Source: Trichechus inunguis (Eukaryota). Taken from it: a stretch of 64,000 bases of DNA. Location: contig CM102164.1 in NCBI GenBank assembly GCA_046562895.1, forward strand, positions 32,523,842 to 32,587,841. Direction: 5' to 3'. Below are positions 50,201-61,871 of this stretch, in pieces; positions within the stretch are counted from its first letter, which is position 1; each line of letters starts with the position of its first letter. The notes beneath the pieces are model-generated. The model saw only the letters and a program-made list of their open reading frames with translations, did not search any database and had not been told where the DNA came from. Made by a program: the position numbers and the translations under genes.

Positions 50201-52739
50201 GGGAGACATTACAACAGACCCAACTGAGATAAAAAGGATCACAACAGAGTACAAAATTGTACTTCAAATTTAAGAACCTAGTGGAAATGGACACATTTCT
50301 AAAAACATACTACCTACCTAAACTAACACAAACTGAGATAAAAAATCTAAACAGACCAATAACAAGAGAAGAGATATAAGAGGTAATAAACTAAAAAAAA
50401 AAACTGCCAACAAAAAAAGTCCTGCTCCAGACAGCTTCACTGGAGAATTCTACCAAACATCAAAGAAGAGCTCATACCAGTAATACTCAAACTCAGAGCA
50501 TGGAAGAAGAAGGAATACTCCCGAATTCATTCTATAATGCCAGCATAACCCTGATACCAAAACCAGGCAAAGACACTACAAAAAAAGAAAATCACAGACC
50601 AATATCTCTCATGAATACTGATGCAAAAATTCTCAATAAAATTCCAGCCAATAAAATCCAGCATCACATCAAAAAAATAATACATCACAACCAAATGGGA
50701 TTCATACCAGATATGCAAGGATGCTTCAACATTAGAAATTTAATCAACATAATCCACCACATAAATAGAACAAAAGAAGAGAAACACCTGATCATCTCAA
50801 TCGACTAGAAAGGGAATTTGATAAAATCTAACACCCCTTCCTGATAAAAACTCTCAATAAAACAGGAATAGAAGGGAAATTCCTCAACAAGATAAAAGGT
50901 ACCTATACGAAACCAACAGACAAAATTATTTTCAACGGAGACAGGCTGAAAGCATTCCCCTTGAGAACAGGAATAAGACAACAATGCCCTTTATCATCAC
51001 TCCTATTTAACATTGTGCTGGAAGTCCTAGCAAGAGCAATAATGAAAAAAGAAATAAAAGGCATCTAAATTGGAAAGGAAAAAGTGAAACTATCCCTATT
51101 CACAGATGATATCCTACACACACAGAACCCAAAAGACTACACTAAAAAACTACTGGAAGTAACAGAAAGATTCAGCAGAGTAGTAAGATACAAGCTCAAC
51201 ATACAGAAATCAGTTGGATTCCTATACACCAACAAACAGAACTTTGAAAAGGAAATCAGGAAAACAATACCATTTATAATAGCCCCTAAAAAGATAAAAT
51301 ACTTAGAAGTAAAACTAACCAGGGACGGAAAAGACCTATGCAAAGAATACTACAAAACACTAATGCAAAAAACCAAAAGAGACCTACACTAAATGGAAGA
51401 ACATACCATGCTCACAGATAGGAAGACTCAACATTGCAAAAATGTCAGTTCTACCCAAAGCAATCTACAGATATAATGCAATCCCAATCTAAATACCAAC
51501 AGCATTTTTACAAAGATGGAAAAACTAATCAACAACTTTATATGGAAAGGAAAGAGGTCCCAGATAAGCACAGCATTATTGAAAAAAAAAAAAAAGAAAC
51601 AAATTAGGAGGCCTCACACTACCTCATCTCAGAACCTACTATACATCCACAGTAATCAAACCAGCCTGGTACTGGTACAAGGACAGACACATAGACACAA
51701 GGAACCAGAAGCAAGAAACCAGACGTAAATCCATCCACCGATGGTCAGCTAATCTTTGACAAAGGACTAGTCTATTAAATGGGAAAAGACAGTATTTTTA
51801 ACAAATGGTGCTGGCAAAACTGGATGTTCATCTGCAAAAAAATGAAACAGGACCCATACCTAACGCCTTACACAAAAACTCAAAATGGATCAAAGACCTA
51901 AATATAAAACCTAAACTTACAAAGATCATGGAAGAAAAACAACGCTAGGGGCCCTAATTCATGGCGTAAATACAATACAAACGATAACTAACAATGCACA
52001 AACACCAGAAAAGAAACTAGATAACTGGGAGCTCCTAAAAATTAAACAATTATGTTCATCAAAAGACTTCACCAAATGAGTAAAAAGCAAACCTACAGAC
52101 TGGGAGAAAATTTTTGGATACAACATATCCAACATGGGTCTAATCTCTAAAATCTATAAAATATTTCAATATCTCAACAACAAAAAGACAAATAATCCAA
52201 CTAAAAAACGGGCAAAGGACATGAACAGATACTTCACCAAACAAGACATACAAGCAGCTAACAGACACGAGGAAATGCTTGTGATCATTAGCCATCACAG
52301 AAATGCAAATCAAAACTCAATGAGAGGACTCCGGCAAGATGGCGGTCTAGGCAGAAGCACCACGCCGTCCCTCCACAACAAAGATCCGAAAAACTAAGCC
52401 AAACAGAGAATCAACAATCCTGAAACCCTAGAACATCAAATGAAGAGATAAAGAACTCAGCCGAACACCAAACGGAGTAAGAATACTGAAAGAGAACAGA
52501 GAGCGAGGAGAGATTCATGCAGAGGTCCCCTACCAGCTAACGCAGCGCGGATCCACCATCTTGGACTCCTATCGGAGACCAGCAAACAGGGGTACGAGAG
52601 AGCAGCCTCACAGAGCATCCAGAGGGACACAAAACAGCCGGTAATTTGCGGTGTGCGCTTTCCCACCCCCCACTCCTCTTCGCCCCGGCTGGGGCTCCCC
52701 TGCTTCCTGTGTCCAAGGTCTCTTGGCTGGGGGGCGCCG

Positions 52740-53125
52740 GGTGGTTGGATTCCGTGCGCCCGGGCGGGCGGCTCTCTGGGGACCGTTTGTTGGCTGCTGG
52801 TGTTGCCTTTTCTGCTTCTTTTGGTTTCTCGCTTGCCTCTCGCTGCCTCCCCCTCCGTTTGCTCAGGTGCCTGGCTCCGAGCGCCGTCTTTGCCCTCTCC
52901 TCTGGGGCTGTGGGGACTGCGTTCGGGTGTGCGGCTCCTTCCGGGTCTGGTCTGCTGCGCGGGCGAGGGACTGGGGCCTTTGTTCGTTTGCTCCTCTGCT
53001 TCCCGGGGCCGCGGGCTCTGGGCTCAGAGCTGCAGGCCGCTTGGATTCCGCGCGCCGGGGCGGGCGGCTCCTTGGGTGCCGTTTGTGGGCTGCAGGTGTT
53101 GCTTTTTTTTTTTTCCCCTTTTTTC
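52740..53125 (+). repeat. Tandem duplication of a CpG-rich monomer of about 300 bp in the L1 #6 5'UTR promoter
   Basis: ggtggttggattccgtgcgcccgggcgggcggctctctggggaccgtttgttggctgctggtgttgccttttctgcttcttttgg (52740-52825) versus ccgcttggattccgcgcgccggggcgggcggctccttgggtgccgtttgtgggctgcaggtgttgctttttttttt (53037-53115). The period is about 297 bp and many CpGs are retained. Confidence 0.8.
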
Positions 53126-53854
53126 TTTTTCTGCTTCTTTTGGCCTCATCTCTCTGTCTCTTCCTTTTCTTTCTGATTCCTGAATACCAGGCATTGTATG
53201 CCTCTGCGCCTTCTGAGCAGGCTGTGCTGTGAAACCTGGGACCGACTTCCCCAGACCTCATAGCTGCATCGGTGGGATCCCTGAGAACTTTGCAGTTCTT
53301 TAACTTTTCTGATTTTTATTTGTTCATTCTTTTCTTTCTCATCCCCCTTCTGTTTTTCTCCGTTCCATAGTCTCTCATCTGTCCATTCCAACGGAAAGCT
53401 CCCCTAGCATTCTTTTATGTTTGTATGTTGTTTTGCTGCTGCTCCTCTCTCCTCTCTCCCATATCCAGCTTAGCTTCACACATAACCATCTCCCCGCTGC
53501 ACACTGCCTACCTGCACCATGAACTTGACATCACACCAACAGGCTGTGCAGGCACAGCCTATTGGAACTTGCCCAGCACTGACTACCGACCGTCCTGGTG
53601 GCTTCGGTGAGGACAACAAACAACCCGTCCCAGTGGCTCCTCTTCAGCTAGACCTGCCCAGCTGTACCACACGTGAGTGACTGAACTGGCCAGTTGGAGA
53701 AGGAGGCGAAAAGTATTGAGTCCACAGACGAGTGAACAACAAGGGCCACACAGTCGGCCTGCTCAGACATACTCAAATTTTTCTTTTCTTAAAAAGGGAC
53801 GACACAAAAAAAAAAAAAAAACCACAATCAATAAACAAGAGAAATATCTACTGA

Positions 53855-54904
53855 ATGCCCCGAAAACAGCAAACAATATCAAAACTTTTACGAAAACAAG
53901 ACAGGATGGCTCCAATAGGCGTCCAAACTAAAACACCAGATAACTCTCCTGTGGAAGAAAATACACTAGAAGTACCTGATAGGGAACTCAAATCACTAAT
54001 ACTAGGAATTTTCCAAGAACTGAGGCAAAAAGCTGACAAACATGAGGAAAAAATAGACAAATTAATGGAAAATACAGACAAAAAATTGGAAGAATTCAGG
54101 AAGATGATGCAGGAACAAAATGCCAAAATAAATTCACAACTAGAAATTATACAAAAACAACAATTAGAAATCCAAAAGTTAAACAATAAGATTTCAGAAA
54201 TGGATGATGTCATAGAAGGGCTGAGAAGTAGCTTTGAAACCGTGGAAGACAGGATCAGTGGAACTGAAGACAAACACTTGGATACAACTCTGTTTCAGGA
54301 AAACTCAGAAAAAAGAACAAAGAAAAACGAAGAGACCCTGAGAGTTATGTGGGACATAATTAAAAGCAAAAATTTACGAGTGATTGGCATCCCAGAACAG
54401 GGGGAGAAAACAGAAAACACAGAGAGGATCATTGAGGAACTGCTGACAGAAAACTTTCCCAATATCATGAAAGATGAAAAGCTGGCCATCCAAGAAGCTC
54501 AACGAACCCCATATAGAAGAGACCCCAAAAGAAAATCACCAAGACATATCATATTCACACTCACCAAAATTAAAGACAAACAAAGAATCCTGCGAGCAGC
54601 TCGTGAAAAACAAGAAGTCACATACAGAGGAGAAACAATAAGACTAAGCTCAGATTATTCGGCAGAAACCATGCAGGCAAGAAGGCAGTGGGATGACATA
54701 TATAAAATCTTGAAAGAAAAAAATTGTCAGCCAAGAATAATATATCCTGCAAAACTCTCGTTCAGATTTGATGGTGAAATTAGGTCATTTCCAGATAAAC
54801 AGAAACTAAGGGAATATGCAAAAGTCAAACCAAACTTACAAGAATTATTAAAGGGAGTTCTTCGATCTGAGGACAAACAGCTTCAGCCCTCAGGCAGGAC
54901 CTAG
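53855..54904 (+). CDS. L1 #6 ORF1, intact, 349 aa (L1 ORF1p: coiled coil, RRM and C-terminal domain)
   Basis: Continuous ORF MPRKQQTISKLLRKQDRMAPIGVQ…LEIIQKQQLEIQKLNNKISEMDDVIEGLRSSFETVEDRISGTEDK…NLRVIGIPEQGEKTENTERIIEELLTENFPNIMKDEKLAIQEAQRTPYRRDPKRKSPRHIIFTLTKIKDKQRILRAAREKQEVTYRGETIRLSSDYSAETMQARRQWDDIYKILKEKNCQPRIIYPAKLSFRFDGEIRSFPDKQKLREYAKVKPNLQELLKGVLRSEDKQLQPSGRT. Confidence 0.92.
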   Translation: MPRKQQTISKLLRKQDRMAPIGVQTKTPDNSPVEENTLEVPDRELKSLILGIFQELRQKADKHEEKIDKLMENTDKKLEEFRKMMQEQNAKINSQLEIIQKQQLEIQKLNNKISEMDDVIEGLRSSFETVEDRISGTEDKHLDTTLFQENSEKRTKKNEETLRVMWDIIKSKNLRVIGIPEQGEKTENTERIIEELLTENFPNIMKDEKLAIQEAQRTPYRRDPKRKSPRHIIFTLTKIKDKQRILRAAREKQEVTYRGETIRLSSDYSAETMQARRQWDDIYKILKEKNCQPRIIYPAKLSFRFDGEIRSFPDKQKLREYAKVKPNLQELLKGVLRSEDKQLQPSGRT

Positions 54905-55332
54905 GAAACAGGATCATACGAACCAGATACCATTCTAGGAAATGAACTCTCAAGGAAGGACTATCCAAAACCAAAAGAAATACAACAGGGAATCAGAAGA
55001 GTCAATCAATGGATGACAACAACATCAAGACAATGAAAGAGGGAATAAACGGCATAGGTATAGAACCTTCTAATGGAGAGGAAGGCAGGGCTATACCAAG
55101 TAAGGGTAGACTGCTTCAAACCTATAAAGATAAGGGTAAAATTCATGGTAACCACAAAGAAAGTTAACAAACCAACTCATAAAAATAAAGATGAAAATCA
55201 TAAAGTCTCAGCAAAAACAAAACCTACAAAAACAAAAGAAATGATCACAAAATCCACAAACAAGAGTAACTCAGCACAAGAGAGTAAGAAGAACAAAGAA
55301 AACTTCAGCACCACAAAAAAAAGCACTACAAA

Positions 55333-58300
55333 ATGACAGCAACAAACTTACATCTATCAATAATTACACTGAATGTAAATGGACTCAATGCACCCATAAA
55401 GAGACGGAGAGTGGCAGAATGGATAAGAAAACAGGATCCATCAATATGCTGTCTACAAGAAACACACCTTAGAAACAAAGATGTGAATTTATTAAAAATC
55501 AAAGGATGGAAAAAAATATATCAAGCTAACAATGACCAAAAAAGAGCAGGAGTGGCAATTCTAATCTCAGATAAAATAGACTTCAAAACAAAATCTACCA
55601 TAAAAGACAAAGAAGGTCACTATATAATGATTAAGGGGACGATACATCATGAAGACATAACCATAATAAACATCTACGCACCCAATGACAGGGCTCCAAA
55701 ATACAGAAAACAAACTCTAACAGCACTGAAAAGAGAAATTGACAGTTCCACAATAATAGTAGGAGACTTCAACACACCACTCTCAGTAAAGGACAGAACA
55801 ACTAAGAAGAAACTCAGCAAAGATACAGAAGACCTAAAGGGCACAATCAGCCAACTGGACCTCATAGACATATATAGAACAATCCATCCAACCGCTGCAA
55901 AGTACACATTCTTTTCCAATGCACATGGAACGTTCTCCAGAATAGACCACATCTTAGGCCACAGAGCAATCCTCAACAAGATCCAAAACACTGAGATAAT
56001 TCACAGTATCTTCTCTGACCACAATGCCATCAAGGTAGAAATTAACACTAGAAAGAGCAAGGAAAAAAAATCAACTACATGGAAACTGAATAATACCCTG
56101 CTTGCACATCAATGGGTAATAGAAGAAATCAGAGATGGAATCAAAAAATTCCTAGAATCAAACGAGAATGAAAACACATCATACCAAAACCTTTGGGACA
56201 CAGCAAAGGCAGTCCTCAGAGGACAATTTATAGCAATAGATGCACATATCAAAAAAGAAGAAAGGGACAAAATCAAAACATTAACTAAAGAACTCAAACA
56301 AATAGAAAGAGAACAGCAAAAAAAGCCTACAACCACCAGAAGAAAGGAAATAGTAAAGATCAGAGCAGCAATAAATGAAATAGAGAACAGAAAAACAATA
56401 GAAAGAATCAACAAAACTAAAAGTTGGTTCTTTGAAAGAATCAACAAAATCGACAAACCACTGGCCAGACTGACAAAAGAAAAACAGGAGAGGACACAAA
56501 TAACCCAAATAAGAAATGAAATGGGAGACATTACAACGGACCCAACAGAAATAAAAAGGATTATAACAGAATATTATGAAAAACTATATTCCAACAAATT
56601 TGAAAACCTAGAGGAAATGGATAAATTTCTAGAAACACACAGCCTACCCAAACTACAACAAAGTGATATTGAAAATCTGAACAGACCCATAACAGGAGAA
56701 GAGATTGAAAAGGCAATAAAAAAACTCCCAACCAAAAAAAGCCCTGGCCCAGATGGCTTCACTGGAGAATTCTACAAAACATTCACAGAAGAGCTGGTAC
56801 CAGTTCTACTCAAGCTATTTCAGAGCATAGAAAAGGAAGCAACACTTCCAAATTCATTCTATGAAGCCAGCATAACGCTGATACCAAAACCAGGCAAAGA
56901 CATCACAAAAAAAGAAAATTATAGACCTATATCTCTCATGAATATAGATGCAAAAATTCTGAACAAAATTCCAGCCAATAGAATTCAGTATCACATTAAA
57001 AAAATAATACACCACGACCAAGTAGGATTCATACCAGGTATGCAAGGATGGTTTAACATTAGAAAATCCATCAACGTAATACACCATATAAATAGAAGGA
57101 AAGAAAAAAATCACATGATTATCTCAATTGATGCAGAAAAGGCATTTGACAAAGTCCAACACCCATTCCTGATAAAAGCTCTCAATCAAATAGGTATAGA
57201 AGGGTAATTTCTCAACATAATAAAGGGCATCTATGCAAAACCAACGGCCAACATCATTCTTAATGGAGAGAGGCTGAAAACATTCCCCTTGAAAACAGGA
57301 ACAAGACAAGGATGCCCTTTATCACCACTCCTATTTAACATTGTGCTGGAAGTTCTAGCTAGAGCAATAAGGCAAGAGAAAGAAATAAAGGGCATCCAAA
57401 TTGGTAATGAAGAAGTTAAACTGTCCCTGTTTGCAGATGATATGATACTATACATAGAAAACCCTAAAGACTCCACAAGAAATCTACTGGAACTAATAGA
57501 AAGATTCAGCAGAGTAGCAGGATACAAGATAAACATTCAAAAATCAGTTGGATTCCTATACACCAGTAAGGACAACGATGAAAAGGAAATCAGGAAATCA
57601 ATACCATTTTCAATAGCCCCTAAAAACATAAAATACTTAGGAATAAATCTGACCAGGGATGTAAAAGACCTTTACAAAGAAAATTATAAAACACTACTGC
57701 ATGAAACCCAAAGAGATCTACATAAATGGAAAAACATACCATGCTCATGGATAGGCAGACTCAACATTGTGAAAATGGCAATTCTACCCAAAGCAATTTA
57801 CAAATACAATGCAATACCGGTCCAAATACCAGCAACATTCTTCAAAGAGATGGAAAAACTAATCATTAACTTTATATGGAAAGGGAAGAAGCCCCGAATA
57901 AGTAAAGCACTACTGAAGAAGAAGAATAAAGTTGGAGGACTCTCACTACCTGACTTGAGAACCTACTATACAGCTACAGTAGTCAAAACAGCCTGGTACT
58001 GGTACAACGACAGATACATTGACCAATGGAACAGAATTGAGAACCCAGATGTAAATCCATCCACCTACGGTCACCTGATCTTCGACAAGGGCCCACAGTC
58101 CATCAAATGGGGAAAAGACAGTCTTTTTAACAAATGGTGCTGGCAAAACTGGATATCCATTTGCAGAAAAATGAAACAGGACCCATACCTCACACCATAT
58201 ACAAAAACGACTTCAAAATGGATCAAAGACCTGAATATAAAGCCTAAAACTATAAAGTTCCTAGAAGAAAAAATAGGATCAACACTTCAGGCCTTAATAC

Positions 58301-59049
58301 ATGGCATTAACAGGATACAAACCACAACCATCAACACACAAAACCCAACAGATAAACTAGATAAATGGGATCTTCTAAAAATCAAACACCTATGCTCTTC
58401 AAAAGACTTCACCAAAAGAGTCAAAAGAGAACCTACAGACTGGGAAAAAATTTTTGGACAGTACAAATCAGACAAAGGTCTAATCTCCATAATCTACAAG
58501 AAAATCCAACACCTCTACAACAAAAAGACAAACAATCCTATTAAAAAATGGGCAAAGGAAATGAACAGACACTTCACCAAAGAAGACATTCAAATGGCCA
58601 ACAGACACATGAGGAAATGCTCGCGATCACTAGCCATTAGAGAAATGCAAATTAAAACCACAATGAGATACCATCTCACTCCGGCATTACTGGCACGAAT
58701 CAAAAACACTGGAAATAACAAATGTTGGAGGGGCTGTGGGGAGATGGGAACTCTTATGCACTGCTGGTGGGAATGCAAAATGATACAACCATTTTGGAAA
58801 ATGATATGGCGTTTCCTCAGAAAACTAGAAATAGACATACCATTCGATCCAGCAATCCCACTCCTAGGAATATATCCTAGAGAAATAAGAGTCGTCACTT
58901 GAATAGACATATGCACACCTATGTTCATGGCAGCATTGTTCACGATAGCAAAACGATGGAAACAAACTAGATGCCCATCAACAGATGAATGGATAAACAA
59001 ACTATGGTACATACACAATGGAGTACTATGCAACGAGAAAGAACAATAA
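55333..59049 (+). pseudogene. L1 #6 ORF2 (endonuclease and reverse transcriptase), single frame with two nonsense codons and one C-terminal 2-bp deletion
   Basis: ORFs 55333..57207 and 57289..58902 are in the same frame (both start positions are 1 mod 3). Stop TAA at 57205-57207 (IEG*FLNIIKG, expected AAA). Stop TGA at 58900-58902 ([12 protein letters not shown], expected CGA, a CpG decay). Near 59014, …[14 protein letters not shown] replaces the expected WY.H.MEYYA…, implying a 2-bp deletion. Otherwise carries the EN, RT ([23 protein letters not shown]…[11 protein letters not shown]) and cysteine-rich ([19 protein letters not shown]) motifs. Confidence 0.9.
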
Positions 59050-61871
59050 TGAATCAGTGAACCATCGCATAACATGGATGAAACTGGAGGACATTATGCT
59101 GAGTGAAATAAGTCAATCACAAAAGGACAAATATTGTATGAGACCTCTATTGTAAAAACCAATGAAAAAGTTCACATGCAAAATGTAACAATTCTTGTTG
59201 GTTACCAGGGATGGGAGGGGTGGGGGGGGAATATTAAATAGGCAATAGACAAGTGGTATCTTGGGTGAAGGGTCAGACAGTACTCAATACAGGGGAAACT
59301 AACACAACCTGTACAAGGAAAGGTCATGGAGGCCCCATGGACAGATTCAAACTCCCCGAGGGACTGAGTTGCTGGACGGAGGGCTCTGGGGACCATGGTC
59401 TCGGGGAACATCTAGCTCAATTGGCATGACACTACTTATAAAGATAATGCTCTACATTCTACCTTGGTGAGTAGTGTCTGGGGTCTTAAAAGCCTGTGAG
59501 CGGCCATCTAAGATACTCCACTGGTCTCATCTCTTCGGGAGCAAGTGAGAATGAAGAGAACAGGATACAACGAAAAGATTAGTCCAAAGGACTAATTGTC
59601 CACAGCTACCAAGACCTTCACCGGACTGAGTCCAGTACAGCTAGATGGCTACCCGGCTACCACCGCTGACTGCTCTGACCAGGATCACAACAGAGGGTTC
59701 TGAACAGAGCTGGAGAAGGATGTAGAGCATAATTCTAACTCACAAAAAAAAAAACAAAAGACCAGATTTACTGGCCTAAAGGAGACTGGAGAAACCCCGA
59801 GAGTATGGCCCCCAGACACCCTTTTAGCTCAGTGGTAAAGTTACCTTCGAGGTTCACTGATCAGCCTGCGAGTGGACAGCCCAGTAAAACCATGAGAGTA
59901 ACGAGGTACAGGAGTCCAGTGACAAGGCCCAGAAGGCAGAAGGGGAGTAGGAAGCTGATGATAGGGAACACAAAATAGAGTAAGGATATTGTTGATGTGT
60001 TGTGAGATTGTTAACCATTGTCATAGGGCAACATTTGTAGTAACTGTCAAATGGGAGACTATTTTGTCCTGTAAGCCTGCATCTTAAGTGAGAATAACAG
60101 CATAATTAGAAGAGCGTAGTCAATGTCACTTAAATGTGTATGTAAAAAAAAATTTTTGAAATGGAAAAAAAAAAAAAAAAACTCAATGAGATACCACCTC
60201 ACTCTGACATTAATGTCACTGATCAAAAAAACAGAAATTAACAAATTTTGTAGAGCTTGCTGGGAGACTGGAACTCTTATGCACTGCTGGCAAGCATGTA
60301 AGATGGTATAATCACTTTGGAAAAAGATATTCCACCTCCTTTAAAAGCTAGATGCCCATCAACAGATGAATGGATAAAAAAAGTATCGTAATACACACAA
60401 CGGAATTCTACCCAACAATACAGAACAATGATGAATCTTCAAAACATCTCACAGCAAGGATGAATCTGGAGGGCATTATGCTGAGTGAAGTAAGTCCATC
60501 ACAAAAGGACAAACACTGTATGAGACCACTATCATAAAAACTCAAGAAAAGGTTTACACACAGAAAAAAACAATCTTTGATGGTTATGAGGGAGGTAGAA
60601 GAGGGTTGGGGGGGAGATCACTAACTAGATAGAAGACACGTGTTAACTCTGGTAAACGGAAAGACAACACACAATATAGGGAAAGTCAGCAAAACCTGAC
60701 TAAGGCAAAGTCATAGAAGCTTCCTAGACACATCCAAACACCTTGAAGGACCAAGTTACTGGGGCTAAGGGCTGGGGACAATAGTCTCAGTGGACCTCTA
60801 GGTCAATTGCAATAATATAGCTCATAAAGAAAATTTTCTACATCTTACTTTGGTGAGTATTGTCTGGGGTCTTAAAAGCTTGTGAGCAGCCATGTAAGAT
60901 ACATCTATTGGTCCCATCCCGTCCAGAGTAAAGGAGAATGAAAAAAATCAAAGACACAAGAAAAATATTAGCTCAAAGGACAAAGGGACCACATGAACCA
61001 CAGCCTCCACTAGCCTGAGCCCATGGTGCCTGGCTACCACCACCGACCACTCTGACAGGGATCACAATGTAGGGTCCCAGATAGAGCAGGAGAAAAATGT
61101 AGAACAAAATTCAAATTCACAAAAGAACACTAGACTTACTGGTCTCACAGAGACTGGAGGAACCCCCCAGACACCCTGCTAACTCAGAACTGAAGCCACT
61201 CCCTAAGTCTACCTTTCAGCCAAAAATTAGACAGACTTATAAAACAAACAACAGCACATGTGAGGGAAGTACTTCTTAGTTCAAAAAAGTATACGAAACC
61301 AAAAGGGCAACACCTGCCCAAAAGCAAAGGCGAGAAGGTAGGAAGGGACAGGAAAACTAGACAAATGGACACAGGGAACCTGGGGTGAAAACAGGGAAAG
61401 TGCTGACACATTGCAGGGATTGTAACCAATGTCAAAAAACAATTTGCGTATAAAATTTTTGAATGAGAAACTAAGTTGTGCTGTAAACTTTCACTTAAAG
61501 TGCAATAAAAAAAAAGTGTGCACACACAAAGGTCCACACCACAGTAACACATATAAGTTAGGTACTCCATGGTTATAAAAGAAACTTAAATGTTATCTTG
61601 CTTTATAATAAAGCACTTCATTGTAAAGTCCTGGAAATGCTAAGACACAGGCTTAAGTTTGAAAAACCTGAAGGCATAATTCATCCGACTCTCTTATACT
61701 AGTGATTATGATTTAGATCCAGAAAATCAGTAAAATTTTTAAAAATCCCCAACTAACTTGATTTCTACTGAACAACTAGAAAGCTCAAGATTTCAAACAT
61801 TTTCTTTGACAACATAATGATAAATGTTAAATTTATTATATTTTGATATGTATTTTATAATGCTGACTTAC

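Larger units (their letters stand above)
52325..60180 (+). mobile_element. Young, nearly intact full-length LINE-1 (L1 #6, 7.86 kb), nested in the L1 #5 ORF2
   Basis: 5' end aggactccggcaagatggcggtctaggcag. 1.5-kb CpG-rich 5'UTR. Intact ORF1. ORF2 with only three lesions. About 1.1-kb 3'UTR. 17-nt poly-A tail (60164-60180). Flanked by target-site duplications: actcaatgag at 52315-52324 and at 60181-60190. The flanks rejoin into a continuous L1 #5 ORF2 sequence (…NQNSMRYHLTL…). Confidence 0.92.
46465..61510 (+). mobile_element. Full-length LINE-1 (L1 #5, about 7.2 kb of its own sequence), host of the nested young L1 #6
   Basis: 5' start ggaggtggagtcaacacggtaccctagacagatgcacc…caaagatacaaaaaaaaaaactaag is homologous to the L1 #6 5' end. 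5'UTR with a pyrimidine-rich monomer array. ORF1 remnant 47629 to about 48600 (…NKQLEIIQKQQLEIQKVNNKISEMDNIIESFRSKFETTEGK…). ORF2 remnant 49036-52324, resuming at 60191 (…MRYHLTLTLMSLIKKTEINKFCRACWETGTLMHCW…). 3'UTR ends …gtaaactttcacttaaagtgcaataaaaaaaaa. Putative TSD aaaaagtatgca (46453-46464) and aaaaagtgtgca (61511-61522). Confidence 0.85.

Noticed and set aside
52646-53261. Several overlapping ORFs of 130-193 aa on both strands in a GC-rich stretch
   Set aside because: They lie in the CpG-rich tandem-monomer 5'UTR of L1 #6. Their composition is Gly/Ala/Arg/Pro-rich and low-complexity, they read in multiple frames at once, and they have no recognisable domain. They are GC-content artefacts.
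58590-59075. 161-aa ORF on the minus strand
   Set aside because: It is antisense to the C-terminal part of L1 #6 ORF2. L1 coding regions commonly throw long antisense ORFs, and this one has no independent support.
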